Shown here one piece after another: positions 7,293 to 17,846 of a stretch of 33,026 bases of DNA (within the stretch, counting starts at the first letter, position 1; each line of letters opens with the position of its first letter). The notes under the pieces are model-generated. The model searched no databases and was not told where the DNA came from. It was given only the letters and a program-made list of their open reading frames with translations. Both the position numbers and the translations under genes were made by a program. Source of the stretch: a virus (lineage: Duplodnaviria > Caudoviricetes); the IMG/VR virus record IMGVR_UViG_3300043620_000029, positions 1-33,026 of that record. One strand, 5' to 3'.

Positions 7293-9629
7293 TTAAAGAG
7301 GACGTACAATCATATATGTGAAGCTTGATACGTCCGTGTTTGCTGTAGCTCCTAAAGCTGTTATAGAAGTAACAGTGAAGCTTGTAGCATTACTGATTGT
7401 GTAAGATAGAGAACCAATTGCTGGTGTTCCATTTAAAGCAGATCTGCTTAAGAGGATCATGTCACCTGTTGCAATATTAGTATTTGCAACGGTTACTGTA
7501 CCAGCGACTAATGTTGCAGTTCCTGAAAAGTCTGTAGCAGCACCTGCTTTAATTTGCAGACCTTTACCAGTCGTAGCAATCTTAAGCGCAGCTCCTGTAA
7601 CAGAAACGTTTCCAGAACCAGCTTGTAGGTTCAAGGAAGCTGTTGTATTCGTTGTACCAATCGTAATAACGTTTGCCGCAGCACCAGTTGCAATATTAAG
7701 AGTTTTTACACCTGTGCTATTTGCTACGTTGATTGTCTGAGCACCTGTACCACCAGCAATGGTCATTGTACCTGTGTTAGCACCAGTACCACCAAAGTTG
7801 ATTGTTCCAGAAGTTACAGAAGGCGCGAATGTAAAGTTTGAGGTAGCAGCTCCATCCAAACTATAGTTACCAGTACCTACAAGTAATGACATACTAGAAG
7901 CACCATTTGTAGAGCCGATAGTAACAAGGTTAGCTCCAGCACCGTTAGCGATGTTAACAGTCTTACCACCTGTTGAACTTGCTATGTTTAATGTTTGAGC
8001 ACCAGTACCACCAGCAATGGTCATTGTACCTGTATTAGCGCCAGTACCACCGATATTAATCGTACCGGATGTTACAGAAGGTGCAAATGTATAGTTTGCA
8101 GTAGCTGCGCCATCTAAGCTAAAGTTACCTGTACCTACTAATAGGGACAAACTTGCTGCACCTGTAACAGTACCAATTGTAACTACGTTACCAATTGCAC
8201 CAGTTGCAATATTAACAGTTTTAATACCAGTACCGCCAGTAGCAACGTTAACAGTTTGAGCGCCTGTTCCTGGGGCGATTGCTACTGTACCTGTCTGTAA
8301 GCCTGTACCACCAACAGTAACCGTACCGGTAGTCATTGCAGTACCTACGTTGACAGCACCTGCTACTTGAATAGCTGCAATATTTACAGTAGTCGCACCT
8401 GATCCGTTTGCAATGGCTAAAGTATTAGTTCCAGAAGAAGAACCAATAATCATGTTACCAGTTTGTGCAGTACCACCAATTGTGATAGTACCTGTAGTTG
8501 TTGCAGCTCCAATCGTATAAAGAGATCCTGCAACACCATTTAAAGCAAAGTTACCTGTGCCTACGTTAATATTAACAGCAGTAGCACCAGTTACGTTACC
8601 AATGGTCACAGTCTTAGCAATCGCAGTACCTACGTTAATCGCTCCAGTACCTGAATCTATTACAACAGCAGTCGCACCAGTTTGGTTACCAATCGTGATG
8701 TTTTTAGCTGCGGCATCAGCACCAATATTGATCGCACCAGTACCTGAGACTAAGGCTAAAGTAGCATTTGTTGTCGTCCAAGTTGATCCACCAGAACCAG
8801 CATTGATGTTGACGGCTGTTGCTCCAGTAATATTACCAATCGTGATCGTTTTGGCAATTGCTGTACCAACGTTAATCGCTCCAGTACCTGAATCGATCGT
8901 TACGGCTGAAGCACCAGTTTGGTTACCTATAGTCACCGTATGGGCAATAGCATTAGTACCGATATTGATAGCACCTGTACCAGCATTTATAACTACTGAG
9001 GTTGCACCAGTAGAGTTACCAACTGTGATTGTACGCGCTGCAGCTCCTGTACCTATGTTTACAGCTGCAGTATCAGCATCAGAGGCTAGATTAAGAGCTG
9101 TACCTGCTGTTAGAATAGTAGCAGAACCACTTAAAGAAGAAAGACCGCTAGCTGCAAGAGTTGTAAATGATCCTGCTGCTGGAGCACTTGATCCAATAGC
9201 TGGAGGAGAAGCTAAAACGTTAGCTACTTGAAGAGGGGTCATTGCAGTATTATTATCAACACCGCCTGTTGCTAAAGCTGTTGTTGAAAGCTTACCAATA
9301 CCGGATACAGTTGTAGACCATGCTGGAGCTCCTGCAATTGCTAAAGCATCAGCATAAGCTTTTGTAGCTACCGGTGTACTATTATCCGTTAAAAGAACTG
9401 TTCCATATACAGTCGTAGATGCATGATTTACACCATCTGTACTCCAAACACCAGCACCGGTTGTTTCATAGATTATAGGTGAGGCGACAGAACTATCTTG
9501 CCATCTTGTTCCAGGCTGATAGATATCCTTTGATGTGGGTGCTCTTTTGGCATTAATGAATTGAGGCTCAGTATATAGATCAATACCGTTATAGCTTAAA
9601 GGATTGCTTGAACTGAATGGTGAAGACAT
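7293..9629 (-). CDS. Long repetitive beta-solenoid fibre/spike protein (778 aa)
   Basis: Many INIG/TIGN/GTGA repeats. Almost entirely G, T, A, N, I, V, S. Internal duplications. C-terminal G.ATLVAGTVTVANT motif seen in phage fibres. Confidence 0.75.
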   Translation of the reverse strand: MSSPFSSSNPLSYNGIDLYTEPQFINAKRAPTSKDIYQPGTRWQDSSVASPIIYETTGAGVWSTDGVNHASTTVYGTVLLTDNSTPVATKAYADALAIAGAPAWSTTVSGIGKLSTTALATGGVDNNTAMTPLQVANVLASPPAIGSSAPAAGSFTTLAASGLSSLSGSATILTAGTALNLASDADTAAVNIGTGAAARTITVGNSTGATSVVINAGTGAINIGTNAIAHTVTIGNQTGASAVTIDSGTGAINVGTAIAKTITIGNITGATAVNINAGSGGSTWTTTNATLALVSGTGAINIGADAAAKNITIGNQTGATAVVIDSGTGAINVGTAIAKTVTIGNVTGATAVNINVGTGNFALNGVAGSLYTIGAATTTGTITIGGTAQTGNMIIGSSSGTNTLAIANGSGATTVNIAAIQVAGAVNVGTAMTTGTVTVGGTGLQTGTVAIAPGTGAQTVNVATGGTGIKTVNIATGAIGNVVTIGTVTGAASLSLLVGTGNFSLDGAATANYTFAPSVTSGTINIGGTGANTGTMTIAGGTGAQTLNIASSTGGKTVNIANGAGANLVTIGSTNGASSMSLLVGTGNYSLDGAATSNFTFAPSVTSGTINFGGTGANTGTMTIAGGTGAQTINVANSTGVKTLNIATGAAANVITIGTTNTTASLNLQAGSGNVSVTGAALKIATTGKGLQIKAGAATDFSGTATLVAGTVTVANTNIATGDMILLSRSALNGTPAIGSLSYTISNATSFTVTSITALGATANTDVSSFTYMIVRPL

Positions 9630-9654
9630 ATTTTAAACTCCGTTTTAAAATTGT

Positions 9655-9683
9655 AAATTAAAATTTTCCTAATTAATGAGCAA
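9655..9683 (-). promoter_or_regulatory. Putative promoter for the fibre gene cluster
   Basis: Minus strand TTGCTC-N17-TAATTT, upstream of GGAG RBS and ATG at 9629. Confidence 0.4.
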
Positions 9684-9770
9684 TGATTATTTCACTTGAT
9701 CACTGTTTATTTTAAACACTGATAGGAACACCATCCATTTCTGCTCATTTCTCTACTTTTTTATCAAACC

Positions 9771-10256
9771 TTACGCCAGTTTCCTGTAGTTGTAGCCGCC
9801 GTTTTTAATCAATGTGTAAACTGAAGCACCAAAACTTGGCGTTTTTCCTTTCCACCATTTGCCCCATTTATTTTTTCCATCACTTCTGGCAGGTACGGCG
9901 CCTTGTCTAAGTAGATCAAATATTTGTGGAGGAACTTTGTCGTAAGAATAAATCGGACCGTTCTTATTTGGGTAATCACCTAAGAATCTAACCATCAATT
10001 TATTTGTTTTAGGATCATATGCAAATCCCTCTACATTTGAAGATGGTCCACTAGGTTCAATTTGTGAAGATGCTACAGCAGCTGTTGGAGGCGCTTCACC
10101 TTCTGCTCTTAACTCTTCGATCCTTGATGCAACATGCTGCATGACTTGAAAAAGCATATCCTTTAGCTCTGGAGTAAGAGGTTGTCCTCTTTGAACTATC
10201 ATTGCCATAATCTCTTTCAAGGCATCTTTAAGCTGTTGGATCTTTTCTTCGTTCAT
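9771..10256 (-). CDS. KTSC-domain protein with N-terminal helical extension
   Basis: SSNVEGFAYDP....L.VRF....G..Y.Y..VP...F..L...S.G matches the KTSC pattern, with an insertion. Confidence 0.7.
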   Translation of the reverse strand: MNEEKIQQLKDALKEIMAMIVQRGQPLTPELKDMLFQVMQHVASRIEELRAEGEAPPTAAVASSQIEPSGPSSNVEGFAYDPKTNKLMVRFLGDYPNKNGPIYSYDKVPPQIFDLLRQGAVPARSDGKNKWGKWWKGKTPSFGASVYTLIKNGGYNYRKLA

Positions 10257-10889
10257 TTACATCTTCAATATGTTTTGGAAAGCAGAAACTAATTGATCAT
10301 CAGAAATTCCACCCTGTTGTGGTTGTTGGGAGTCTTGTTGCATTGGTTGCTGTTGTTGAGATTTATCTCCAGCGCCAAACACAGTTTGTAAAATAGAGGA
10401 AAAGGGCGCCTTGTGATCTTCTGCCATTTTTTTAATTATGTTTTTAAAATTGTTTTGCAGCTCAGCAAGGGCCCCCGCCTCTATAGGTGATCGCCCTTTT
10501 TGGATTTGGTCGGTGAGATATTGAAATAACTCTGGCGAATATTTTTGAATGATGTTTTTATTTTCTTTAGGGTTTGCTTCTTTTTTTTCGTTGAGTAAAT
10601 TATCTTTGATATAATTAATTCCCTCTTTTGGGTCTAATCCCATAGATATTCCTTTTTTTAGGAATTCACCAAATTTAGGACTAATTTTACTAATGCCTTT
10701 TACAGCCAAATCTGTTGGTATAAGATCACTTAAAAAAGGTGTTATTTTTGTAGCAAGAGCAGCACTAGCTCCCCCTAATCCCAACATAGTTCCTTTTTTC
10801 AGAACATTCTTAAACATTTCATTTCTTTTTCCTGCTCTTTCTATTTCTGATTGGGCTGCGTTTTCGTCTGGACGTAAATAATTAGTCAT
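10257..10889 (-). CDS. Putative internal virion/ejection protein
   Basis: Helical, Q-rich tail. Third of three helical genes after the nozzle. Function inferred from position only. Confidence 0.5.
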   Translation of the reverse strand: MTNYLRPDENAAQSEIERAGKRNEMFKNVLKKGTMLGLGGASAALATKITPFLSDLIPTDLAVKGISKISPKFGEFLKKGISMGLDPKEGINYIKDNLLNEKKEANPKENKNIIQKYSPELFQYLTDQIQKGRSPIEAGALAELQNNFKNIIKKMAEDHKAPFSSILQTVFGAGDKSQQQQPMQQDSQQPQQGGISDDQLVSAFQNILKM

Positions 10890-12276
10890 TAGCTACCGAC
10901 CTTCCTATAGCAGGAAATAAAGCGATATCACCCCAATTTGGCGTCAAATCACTTACTCCCAAAGTTAATTCTTGTTTCATGTGAGGAGTTAGTCCTAATT
11001 CATCTTGATTTTCTCTGAAATAATCAAAAAAAGCAGTCTCATCAAAGAATCTGTTTTTTTGTTTCATCTCTCTAGCTACAGCTAAAATACTATCTTCTGA
11101 ACGCATTTCATTAGAGAAATCTTGAGCAAATTTTCTAGATTTAACATCTAATTTATTGCTTGGTGTATTTCCCCAGTCAGTATTAGATGAAATTAGTTTC
11201 TTAACAGGATCAGATCTTTTGTAAGCAATTAAAGCTGCTCCACCAGGACTTAGATCAAACCCCCATCCACCATCTTCAGTATTTTTACTTCTTAAAATAT
11301 CGAAGAATTCATTCCTATTACCTGTTTCTGAAAATATTTTTTCAGCTGACATCAGTCTTTTTAGTGTTTCTTCTTTTTGTTTAGGATTTATTCTGTCAGA
11401 AATATCTCGATAGGCTAGTGATTTTATATTGCTTTTTGTTTCACTAAGATTTTTTCCTTTTCTAATCCATTTCTCAGCAGCTGTTTTTTCTGTCAGGTTT
11501 GGATTAGTAGATAAATCTTCGTAAGCTTTTTTCTTTAATCTCAACAATGTATCCCCTGTTAGATCTGAATAAATTTCTTTACCTTCTTTCTGCAAAATTG
11601 TAGATAATTGTTTATCTACTTCTGAATCCAACTCAGCTTGAGTAGCCTTTTTTAATTCTCTTGCCTCTCTCTGAAATTCGGGCATAGACCTTTCTCTTGC
11701 TTCTTTTTCTGAAACAAGTTGCTTTGCTTCACCAAGACTTAAATTAGGATTACGATTGAGTTCGAAACCAATTTCATCTTCTACTCTTTGTTGTGACCAG
11801 GGAGCGATTGGTTGATATTGTTTCTCCAAAGGATTACCTGGAGAAACTCCTTGGTTAGCAATGGCCTGTTGTTCCTCATTTTGATAATTTGAAGGAATAT
11901 TTTCAGAACCTTGTCGACCAGGTTTTAGATTGGCAAATTGCACATCCTTGAAATTATTTTGTTGATTACTTTGAGGTGAAACTTCTTCTTTAGGATTTCC
12001 AGGTTGCTGGTTATTTCCATAAATATTCCTAATATTTTGCGCTTTCGCTAAATCACCAAATGTTTGTAGTAATTGAGGAGTAGATCCATATATAGAAGCC
12101 AATTCTGCAAAATTTTCAAGATTAGATCTTCCGCCCGATTCCGCAGCAAATTTTTTTAATCCTTGCGACAATCTTTTTTGATCCACCTCTTTTGGTATTT
12201 GCTCTGATAAACCCTCTCCAAAATTCTTTCCAATCCTTCCGAAGATGTCATTTCTTTCTATCGTCTGAATGGCCAT
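10882..12276 (-). CDS. Putative internal virion/ejection protein (464 aa)
   Basis: G.IG..FG.GL N-terminus and charged helical body. Podovirus synteny. Confidence 0.55.
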   Translation of the reverse strand: MAIQTIERNDIFGRIGKNFGEGLSEQIPKEVDQKRLSQGLKKFAAESGGRSNLENFAELASIYGSTPQLLQTFGDLAKAQNIRNIYGNNQQPGNPKEEVSPQSNQQNNFKDVQFANLKPGRQGSENIPSNYQNEEQQAIANQGVSPGNPLEKQYQPIAPWSQQRVEDEIGFELNRNPNLSLGEAKQLVSEKEARERSMPEFQREARELKKATQAELDSEVDKQLSTILQKEGKEIYSDLTGDTLLRLKKKAYEDLSTNPNLTEKTAAEKWIRKGKNLSETKSNIKSLAYRDISDRINPKQKEETLKRLMSAEKIFSETGNRNEFFDILRSKNTEDGGWGFDLSPGGAALIAYKRSDPVKKLISSNTDWGNTPSNKLDVKSRKFAQDFSNEMRSEDSILAVAREMKQKNRFFDETAFFDYFRENQDELGLTPHMKQELTLGVSDLTPNWGDIALFPAIGRSVAND

Positions 12277-12866
12277 TACATTCCCCCTCCGAAATAACTT
12301 CCAGCAGCCTGTCCTAATCCTCTGCCGGCTCCTTGAGCTAATCCACCTAGAAGACCGCTTGTTTCAGGGCGATAAATATTATTAGTGAAATCACCAAGAC
12401 CTGCTTGTCCGATACCAGCAAGACCTGCAGCACCTTGTGATCTTAATTGAGCACGTATTGCTCCAAGTCTTTCACTTAAATCAGTACCGGCATTTACAGC
12501 AGCGTTTCTAAAGCCGCTACTTGACAAACCACCAGCACCCATTCCTGCAAATTGCTCTGCGAGACCGGGAATAATCTCTTCATTAAAGTTACGTAACTCA
12601 GGAGCTGCCATCATTTGATTCGTTTGACTATCATTACTTAATAGATCGCGATAATAATCAGCTGATTGTCCAAAAGAACCGCCTGCGCCAGGTTGCTGTC
12701 CCGCTTGTAAGAGCTGCTGATAAAGAGGTTGTTGTTGTTGATCCAATCTTGATTTTTGTTGAAACTTTTCGTTTTGCCCAAAGAGCATATCTCTACCTTT
12801 TTTGGTAGTAAGTCCAAGAGTGCCTGCTCCGCCTGCTGCAGCTGCGATCCAAGGTAAAACTGCCAT
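12276..12866 (-). CDS. Putative DNA pilot/ejection protein (G/A/Q-rich)
   Basis: A/G-rich N-terminus, G.GGLSSSG motif and GLLGGLAQGAG tail, as in P22 gp7-like pilot proteins. Confidence 0.6.
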   Translation of the reverse strand: MAVLPWIAAAAGGAGTLGLTTKKGRDMLFGQNEKFQQKSRLDQQQQPLYQQLLQAGQQPGAGGSFGQSADYYRDLLSNDSQTNQMMAAPELRNFNEEIIPGLAEQFAGMGAGGLSSSGFRNAAVNAGTDLSERLGAIRAQLRSQGAAGLAGIGQAGLGDFTNNIYRPETSGLLGGLAQGAGRGLGQAAGSYFGGGM

Positions 12867-12868
12867 AA

Positions 12869-13345
12869 TTAAAGCTCCTGTATGTAACTAATAACAACAA
12901 AGCATCTGTCAAATGCCGCTGTTGCTGTGATATTAATGTTCGTTGCGTCCATGCTAATAGTGGTTGTCCCATCAGGTATTGGAATCGCGAGTAATCCAAC
13001 TGAATTTGTTGCTGCTCCATAGAGTTGAATCAGCGTAAAATTGACATCAAATTTAATCCCATGTGCAAAGGTGTTTAGCCCTATAACTAAAGGACTGCAA
13101 TTAACAACTTTCCTTAAAACTGTTCTAAACTGATTAGATCCTCCAGATATATTTATGCTTGGGATAAATTGTTGTCCGCTCAAAAATTCTTCATCTAAAA
13201 GCCAGCCAATCTCGCGGATATTGATGGCTGTAGAAATCTTCCTAAGTTGTTCGACTAAGAATTGACGTCCCTCTTCCCAAGTTTCAGGGACAGCATCATA
13301 TACTGGTATGAATGCTTCAAAATTTTCACTGGTTGGTGTTGTCAT
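12869..13345 (-). CDS. Putative tail structural protein
   Basis: Start re-called at MTTPTS (13345, TAATG coupling). F.HGI motif and beta-rich C-terminus. Confidence 0.6.
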   Translation of the reverse strand: MTTPTSENFEAFIPVYDAVPETWEEGRQFLVEQLRKISTAINIREIGWLLDEEFLSGQQFIPSINISGGSNQFRTVLRKVVNCSPLVIGLNTFAHGIKFDVNFTLIQLYGAATNSVGLLAIPIPDGTTTISMDATNINITATAAFDRCFVVISYIQEL

Positions 13346-13956
13346 TATTTTCCTATAGCATGCCAATACATGCCTGTTGGTAGACTCGAACCAGACATAA
13401 TTATTTGAAATTGACTAAGTGTTACTGAACCCGTTTTTACAGATATAGTTTTGTCATCCGTATTACTTCTTATTGCAGTTACAGTTGGCAAACAAAAATT
13501 GTTAAAAGCCACAGGAAATTTAATTGTGTCATTATTAACTGGTGAAGTTAGAATGCCATATTGCATAAGCAAACCACCTGGCAAAAATGTCCATCCCCCT
13601 GTCACTCGAGGTTGAGTGCCGTCGAAAACGGTAAAAGTCCCGAATGTACCAGAACTAGCAGTAATACAACGCGTTATCTGATATGTGTTACCAGTCGCAT
13701 CAGGAGTATAGAATAATTGACTCTCTCCACCATCTGTTCTTGTGTAAAGAGCACCGTCTCCAGCAGCAATTACTGGAGTTGATCCTTGTACCGGCATCTG
13801 CACAAATTTATGCTTTCCATTATTAATAGTAGCATCATCAAAAGGATAATGGTTTATGCCAAAGCTTGTATTAGAAGAACTAAAGTTTTGTAAAATGTCA
13901 ACTTGAGAATCTGATAGAAGATCATTTGGTTGAGGCACGTTGGGATTAAAAGTCAT
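13345..13956 (-). CDS. Tail fibre-type protein with gp53-like C-terminal domain
   Basis: GWTFLPGGLLMQYG, IKFPVAF and YWHAIGK are the hallmark of this fibre tip domain. Confidence 0.75.
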   Translation of the reverse strand: MTFNPNVPQPNDLLSDSQVDILQNFSSSNTSFGINHYPFDDATINNGKHKFVQMPVQGSTPVIAAGDGALYTRTDGGESQLFYTPDATGNTYQITRCITASSGTFGTFTVFDGTQPRVTGGWTFLPGGLLMQYGILTSPVNNDTIKFPVAFNNFCLPTVTAIRSNTDDKTISVKTGSVTLSQFQIIMSGSSLPTGMYWHAIGK

Positions 13957-13976
13957 ATATATCTCCTATATATATT

Positions 13977-16325
13977 TTATATACTCATACGTCCTGCTGG
14001 TCTCATCCATAATACCTGGGCATCAATCTGCACATCGGATTCTTGAGCATCAGTCGTCATTTGTAAATTCGAAAGCGTATACTCTAAAGTGATAAAATTA
14101 CCTTGTGTCGGGCAATAAACACGTTGCCAATTCTTCGAAACATTAGGCCACTCAAAAGAAGAGGTTATGGTTGGTATTGTTGTATTGAAAAATGTATCTG
14201 AACTTGAATTTTGGGGTGCTGTATTAGATGGAGTATTTTCATTATAATCTAGATATACATTCAGGGAAATTTCACCATCATCAGTCTTATTCATTAGAAT
14301 ATCGAGATAACCTATCTGAATACTCTGACCTTGATCCATAAAATTAAATTTTTTACTAACAATATTAAAATTATCTCTAACAGAAATTTCACCACTACCC
14401 ACATATAATGCGGGAGCATTCAATTGAGGAGTGTCAAATTGACCAGTAATAGGATTGTAAATCCACAACTGAAATTTATTGTCTGGATCTGACAAGTCTT
14501 TAATTATACTAAATATTCCATTATTACTATTATAGGGCAATCCTGTGCTAGGATCTAATCCCATATTTAGACTGTCAAACGGTGTATTATCAGGAATACT
14601 TGATATTTGAATGACCTGACCGTTTTGTAGGTTGTGATTAGGACTCTTAATGACTGTTGGTGTTGTCGTATTTCCTGTTATTCCAGTGATAGTTAAACTG
14701 ACACCATTTGTTGTTTCAGTATCTAGATATTCAACATAACCTTGCTGATTACCCCCAACGATCGATGGAAATAAAGCCGGTCTATTTATCCAAGAATAGT
14801 TTTGTCTTACCCATGGCTCTGGAGTACCAGCCCAAGTTCTACCTATCTGAGCTTGATATGTTCCAAGAGTCGTCAAGGAATCAGTAAAAATAGCCCAAGA
14901 ATCATTCTCGTAATTGTAGACAAGGCGTCTATCCGGATAAGTACTTCCATTTGGTTTATAGGGAAAAGTCCAATAGGCAAGACGCTGTTGGAAGTCTCGA
15001 ATTCCATGAACACGTTTTGGACCATTATTCTCATTGTTGAATTGAAATATAAGATCAGGAATCTTGATATCAATACGATTGCTCTTAAAGCTGTCACATT
15101 CAACAACACCTTTATCACCCATTCCAACTAAAGAAGTGTCAAATTGAACGGCACTGAATGTGCTTTCTGCACCAAGTTCACTGTTAACTCTTTCTATGTT
15201 AAAAGGAGCAATTGATCTTCCTGTGTATCGAAGCTGCCAAGTACTCCTTTCGCAATAGATCACGCAATCATCTCGTACAAATCCGACAGCAACGATAGCT
15301 TCTGATGTAGGGATATCTAAGAATCCCCCTTGACCACGGATATCATCTCTCCAAGCATTTGCATTAACTGTCGATACAATAGCACTGACATCCGAAAAAG
15401 GATTGCCAATTGCAGCCCATCGAATACGGTTAGTATGAGAAATAGAGGTTCCAAGAGTAGCTCCTTCAAGCGTATTAAACGCTACAAGTCTTCCTCTAAA
15501 AGGAAGCAATATTAAGCATTGTTGTAAACGAGTACCTACATTATCAATAGCTGGTGCAAAATTCACCCAAGCTGTGCCGTTTGTATAACGTATCGGATCG
15601 CCTGTTGTTCCTGAGAAATTAGTCACCCAGAAGATCTTCTGGTTACCATCGCCCACCCAGTAGTTAGTAGACCAGAAGAAATCTGAGTCGTTACCAGTCC
15701 ATGTTGTTCCCGCGATGAATTCTTGCCAACCAGTCGCTCCAAAAACATAAGCATAGACCTGATCAAAAGCTACGAGCTGTTCATTATTAATGTTGTTTAG
15801 CTCTCTAGAGCGCAATCCCATTACAGGGAGACCGGGATAATAGGATCCTGTGATTGTAGCGGCTGAAACGCCGGCAACCCCAGAAAACGTGATACTTAAA
15901 ACACCTGTTGCATAATTGATCTTAGCTGCAGTGATAGGACCCGCTCCAGTAACAACAAATACGCCCAATCCAGTTGTATCGGTTAGGGTTTGGCTAATTG
16001 GAGCTCCGATCGTGATTACTAAAGGACTAGAGACAGATCCTGGCTGTATTTCAGCATTAGGCTGAATAGCCAAGATTCCCATGCCTGTAAAAATATTGAA
16101 CGTGAAAGTTCCTGCGCCACCGGCTGATATATTTCCCATAGCAGTGGTAGTTAAAATACGGCGTAATCTACCTAGTAATTCATACCCATCTTTACGTAGA
16201 ATTCTTTCACGCCAGACATAAGCGTTTAGAAGTAAAGGATAGGCGTCATTAGGAAGCAAGAATTCTTCTCGACTCTGAACAAGACCTGTTTCCATGGCAG
16301 CGATTCTTAATGGGCTATAACTCAC
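13977..16325 (-). CDS. Tail nozzle/stabilisation protein (P22 gp10/T7 gp12-like beta-propeller) with FCCH-like insert
   Basis: FRGRLV, RIRWA, LVYNYENDSWA motifs. ITGIT...P.VI.SPNHNL..GQ.I insert. Follows the adaptor. Start probably GTG at 16325. Confidence 0.7.
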   Translation of the reverse strand: MSYSPLRIAAMETGLVQSREEFLLPNDAYPLLLNAYVWRERILRKDGYELLGRLRRILTTTAMGNISAGGAGTFTFNIFTGMGILAIQPNAEIQPGSVSSPLVITIGAPISQTLTDTTGLGVFVVTGAGPITAAKINYATGVLSITFSGVAGVSAATITGSYYPGLPVMGLRSRELNNINNEQLVAFDQVYAYVFGATGWQEFIAGTTWTGNDSDFFWSTNYWVGDGNQKIFWVTNFSGTTGDPIRYTNGTAWVNFAPAIDNVGTRLQQCLILLPFRGRLVAFNTLEGATLGTSISHTNRIRWAAIGNPFSDVSAIVSTVNANAWRDDIRGQGGFLDIPTSEAIVAVGFVRDDCVIYCERSTWQLRYTGRSIAPFNIERVNSELGAESTFSAVQFDTSLVGMGDKGVVECDSFKSNRIDIKIPDLIFQFNNENNGPKRVHGIRDFQQRLAYWTFPYKPNGSTYPDRRLVYNYENDSWAIFTDSLTTLGTYQAQIGRTWAGTPEPWVRQNYSWINRPALFPSIVGGNQQGYVEYLDTETTNGVSLTITGITGNTTTPTVIKSPNHNLQNGQVIQISSIPDNTPFDSLNMGLDPSTGLPYNSNNGIFSIIKDLSDPDNKFQLWIYNPITGQFDTPQLNAPALYVGSGEISVRDNFNIVSKKFNFMDQGQSIQIGYLDILMNKTDDGEISLNVYLDYNENTPSNTAPQNSSSDTFFNTTIPTITSSFEWPNVSKNWQRVYCPTQGNFITLEYTLSNLQMTTDAQESDVQIDAQVLWMRPAGRMSI

Positions 16326-17407
16326 TAATACCACCCTACCCCGTTATTCCCCCAGTTTTGATATGGCTGTGCATTATTACCATTGTAAATAGTGCTATTT
16401 CTTTGGCCTATTTCTTCAACACCTTGTCTTTCTAAAACAAGTGCTTCTTGTTCTTTAAACATAACACTTACGTTTGCTACTCCATCCATATCTTGACGAT
16501 CATTTAAGATATCACGAGCGGCACCCATTGCTATATATTTAGCCCATTGATTTAGGATTGGATTGTCCGTTGTTTGCATAAACTGAACAGGAGTTAGGTA
16601 AGTCTCCACTTCAATTTTATGAACGAATTTAGGTATTGGTCTAATAGTAAATTCATTATTCCAAAAAAGTAAGCTATACGGTCTACCTGTAGAATATTGA
16701 GACACAAAAACTTTTAATGTCTCCCCAGAAGCTGGAATAATTCCTGTGACTCCATTGGAAGTAAAATTTATAGAAAAAGCACCTGTCACATAATTCACTG
16801 TTCCAATATTTACTTTGGCGTTTAAGCCTGGATTCAATGTGTTAGTATTATGCATTCCTGGAACTGGTGGAATAGCTGCTGGATATGTTGTAACTGGCGC
16901 AGGAATTGTCACAATAGGATTTGGAAAATTTAATTGCAGATTACCATTACCATCATCACTGATCTGTATTGCAGCACCACCTGTGCTAACACATCCAATT
17001 GTCACCATTTGACTTAAAAAAGGAGCAGGTAAAGTAAAATTAAATAAAGTAGTTATACCATCGCCAGAAACTGGTTGAAAAAGAGTAGGCCATTTTGGCC
17101 ACATATTGAAGAACTGTTGTCTATCTTTAAAAAATGATGCTGGAATTCCATCAACAAAGGCAGGAGATCTTACCCCTTGATTGTAGTTTACATCCAAGGG
17201 ATATCGATCAATATTTGGAGCAGTATAAAAAGTGTACACATTACGCATTTGGTCAATTTTAATTGCGTAAGCAAAATCTTGCGTGTAAAAATTATTAATA
17301 TACTCATCAATTAAAGCAGTCGTCAAAGCCGATTCACTAGCAGAAGCTGTAAGTCTTCTGACTTTGTTTCTTATGTAAGCTAGAGTTGAATTGGCTGGCG
17401 ATACCAT
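16325..17407 (-). CDS. Head-to-tail adaptor protein
   Basis: L..IR.KVRRL...ID.YIN N-terminal helices, RP.P..V and YIA.GAA..I C-terminal helices. Synteny. Confidence 0.65.
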   Translation of the reverse strand: MVSPANSTLAYIRNKVRRLTASASESALTTALIDEYINNFYTQDFAYAIKIDQMRNVYTFYTAPNIDRYPLDVNYNQGVRSPAFVDGIPASFFKDRQQFFNMWPKWPTLFQPVSGDGITTLFNFTLPAPFLSQMVTIGCVSTGGAAIQISDDGNGNLQLNFPNPIVTIPAPVTTYPAAIPPVPGMHNTNTLNPGLNAKVNIGTVNYVTGAFSINFTSNGVTGIIPASGETLKVFVSQYSTGRPYSLLFWNNEFTIRPIPKFVHKIEVETYLTPVQFMQTTDNPILNQWAKYIAMGAARDILNDRQDMDGVANVSVMFKEQEALVLERQGVEEIGQRNSTIYNGNNAQPYQNWGNNGVGWY

Positions 17408-17419
17408 ATTTTACTCGGG

Positions 17420-17821
17420 TTAGAATGATACAGGAACAAGTTCGTGGATAGCTTCACCAACAGTATCTTTGGCAGCTATCTTTCCATTCTCGTCAACACG
17501 ATCAGAACGCAATACGTTCTTTTTGGAGTTTATTTCGTTAATGAATCCCATTGGAAGCTCGTACGTATAACCTGGAATAAGATGATACATCCTAATAGGC
17601 TCACCAGCCCAGCGCATGTACGGTTTATCGAGCCTTTCATGATTGCCTCTTTTATTGATATAACGAGCTTTAACCATTTTTTGATCTTCAGCCTTCATTT
17701 TTTCGGCTTCTTTTTTCCATTTTGGATCAAAATGTTTAAATCCATGATCAGATACGCTATTAGCGATAGTATTAATTAATCCGTGTTGTTCTCCGGATTC
17801 TGTCATTAACAATAAACTCAT
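17420..17821 (-). CDS. Hypothetical phage protein (133 aa)
   Basis: ORF track. L.PG..YELP motif. Lies between capsid-associated genes and the adaptor. Confidence 0.7.
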   Translation of the reverse strand: MSLLLMTESGEQHGLINTIANSVSDHGFKHFDPKWKKEAEKMKAEDQKMVKARYINKRGNHERLDKPYMRWAGEPIRMYHLIPGYTYELPMGFINEINSKKNVLRSDRVDENGKIAAKDTVGEAIHELVPVSF

Positions 17822-17846
17822 CTTTAATTACCTTGGTTTGTTATTG

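Noticed and set aside
3956-9231. Alternative-frame ORFs over the fibre genes (e.g. 5107-5385 poly-Pro, 8557-9231, 7459-7740, 4326-4553)
   Set aside because: Shadows of Gly/Thr/Ala-rich codons on the real minus-strand genes, with no independent motifs.
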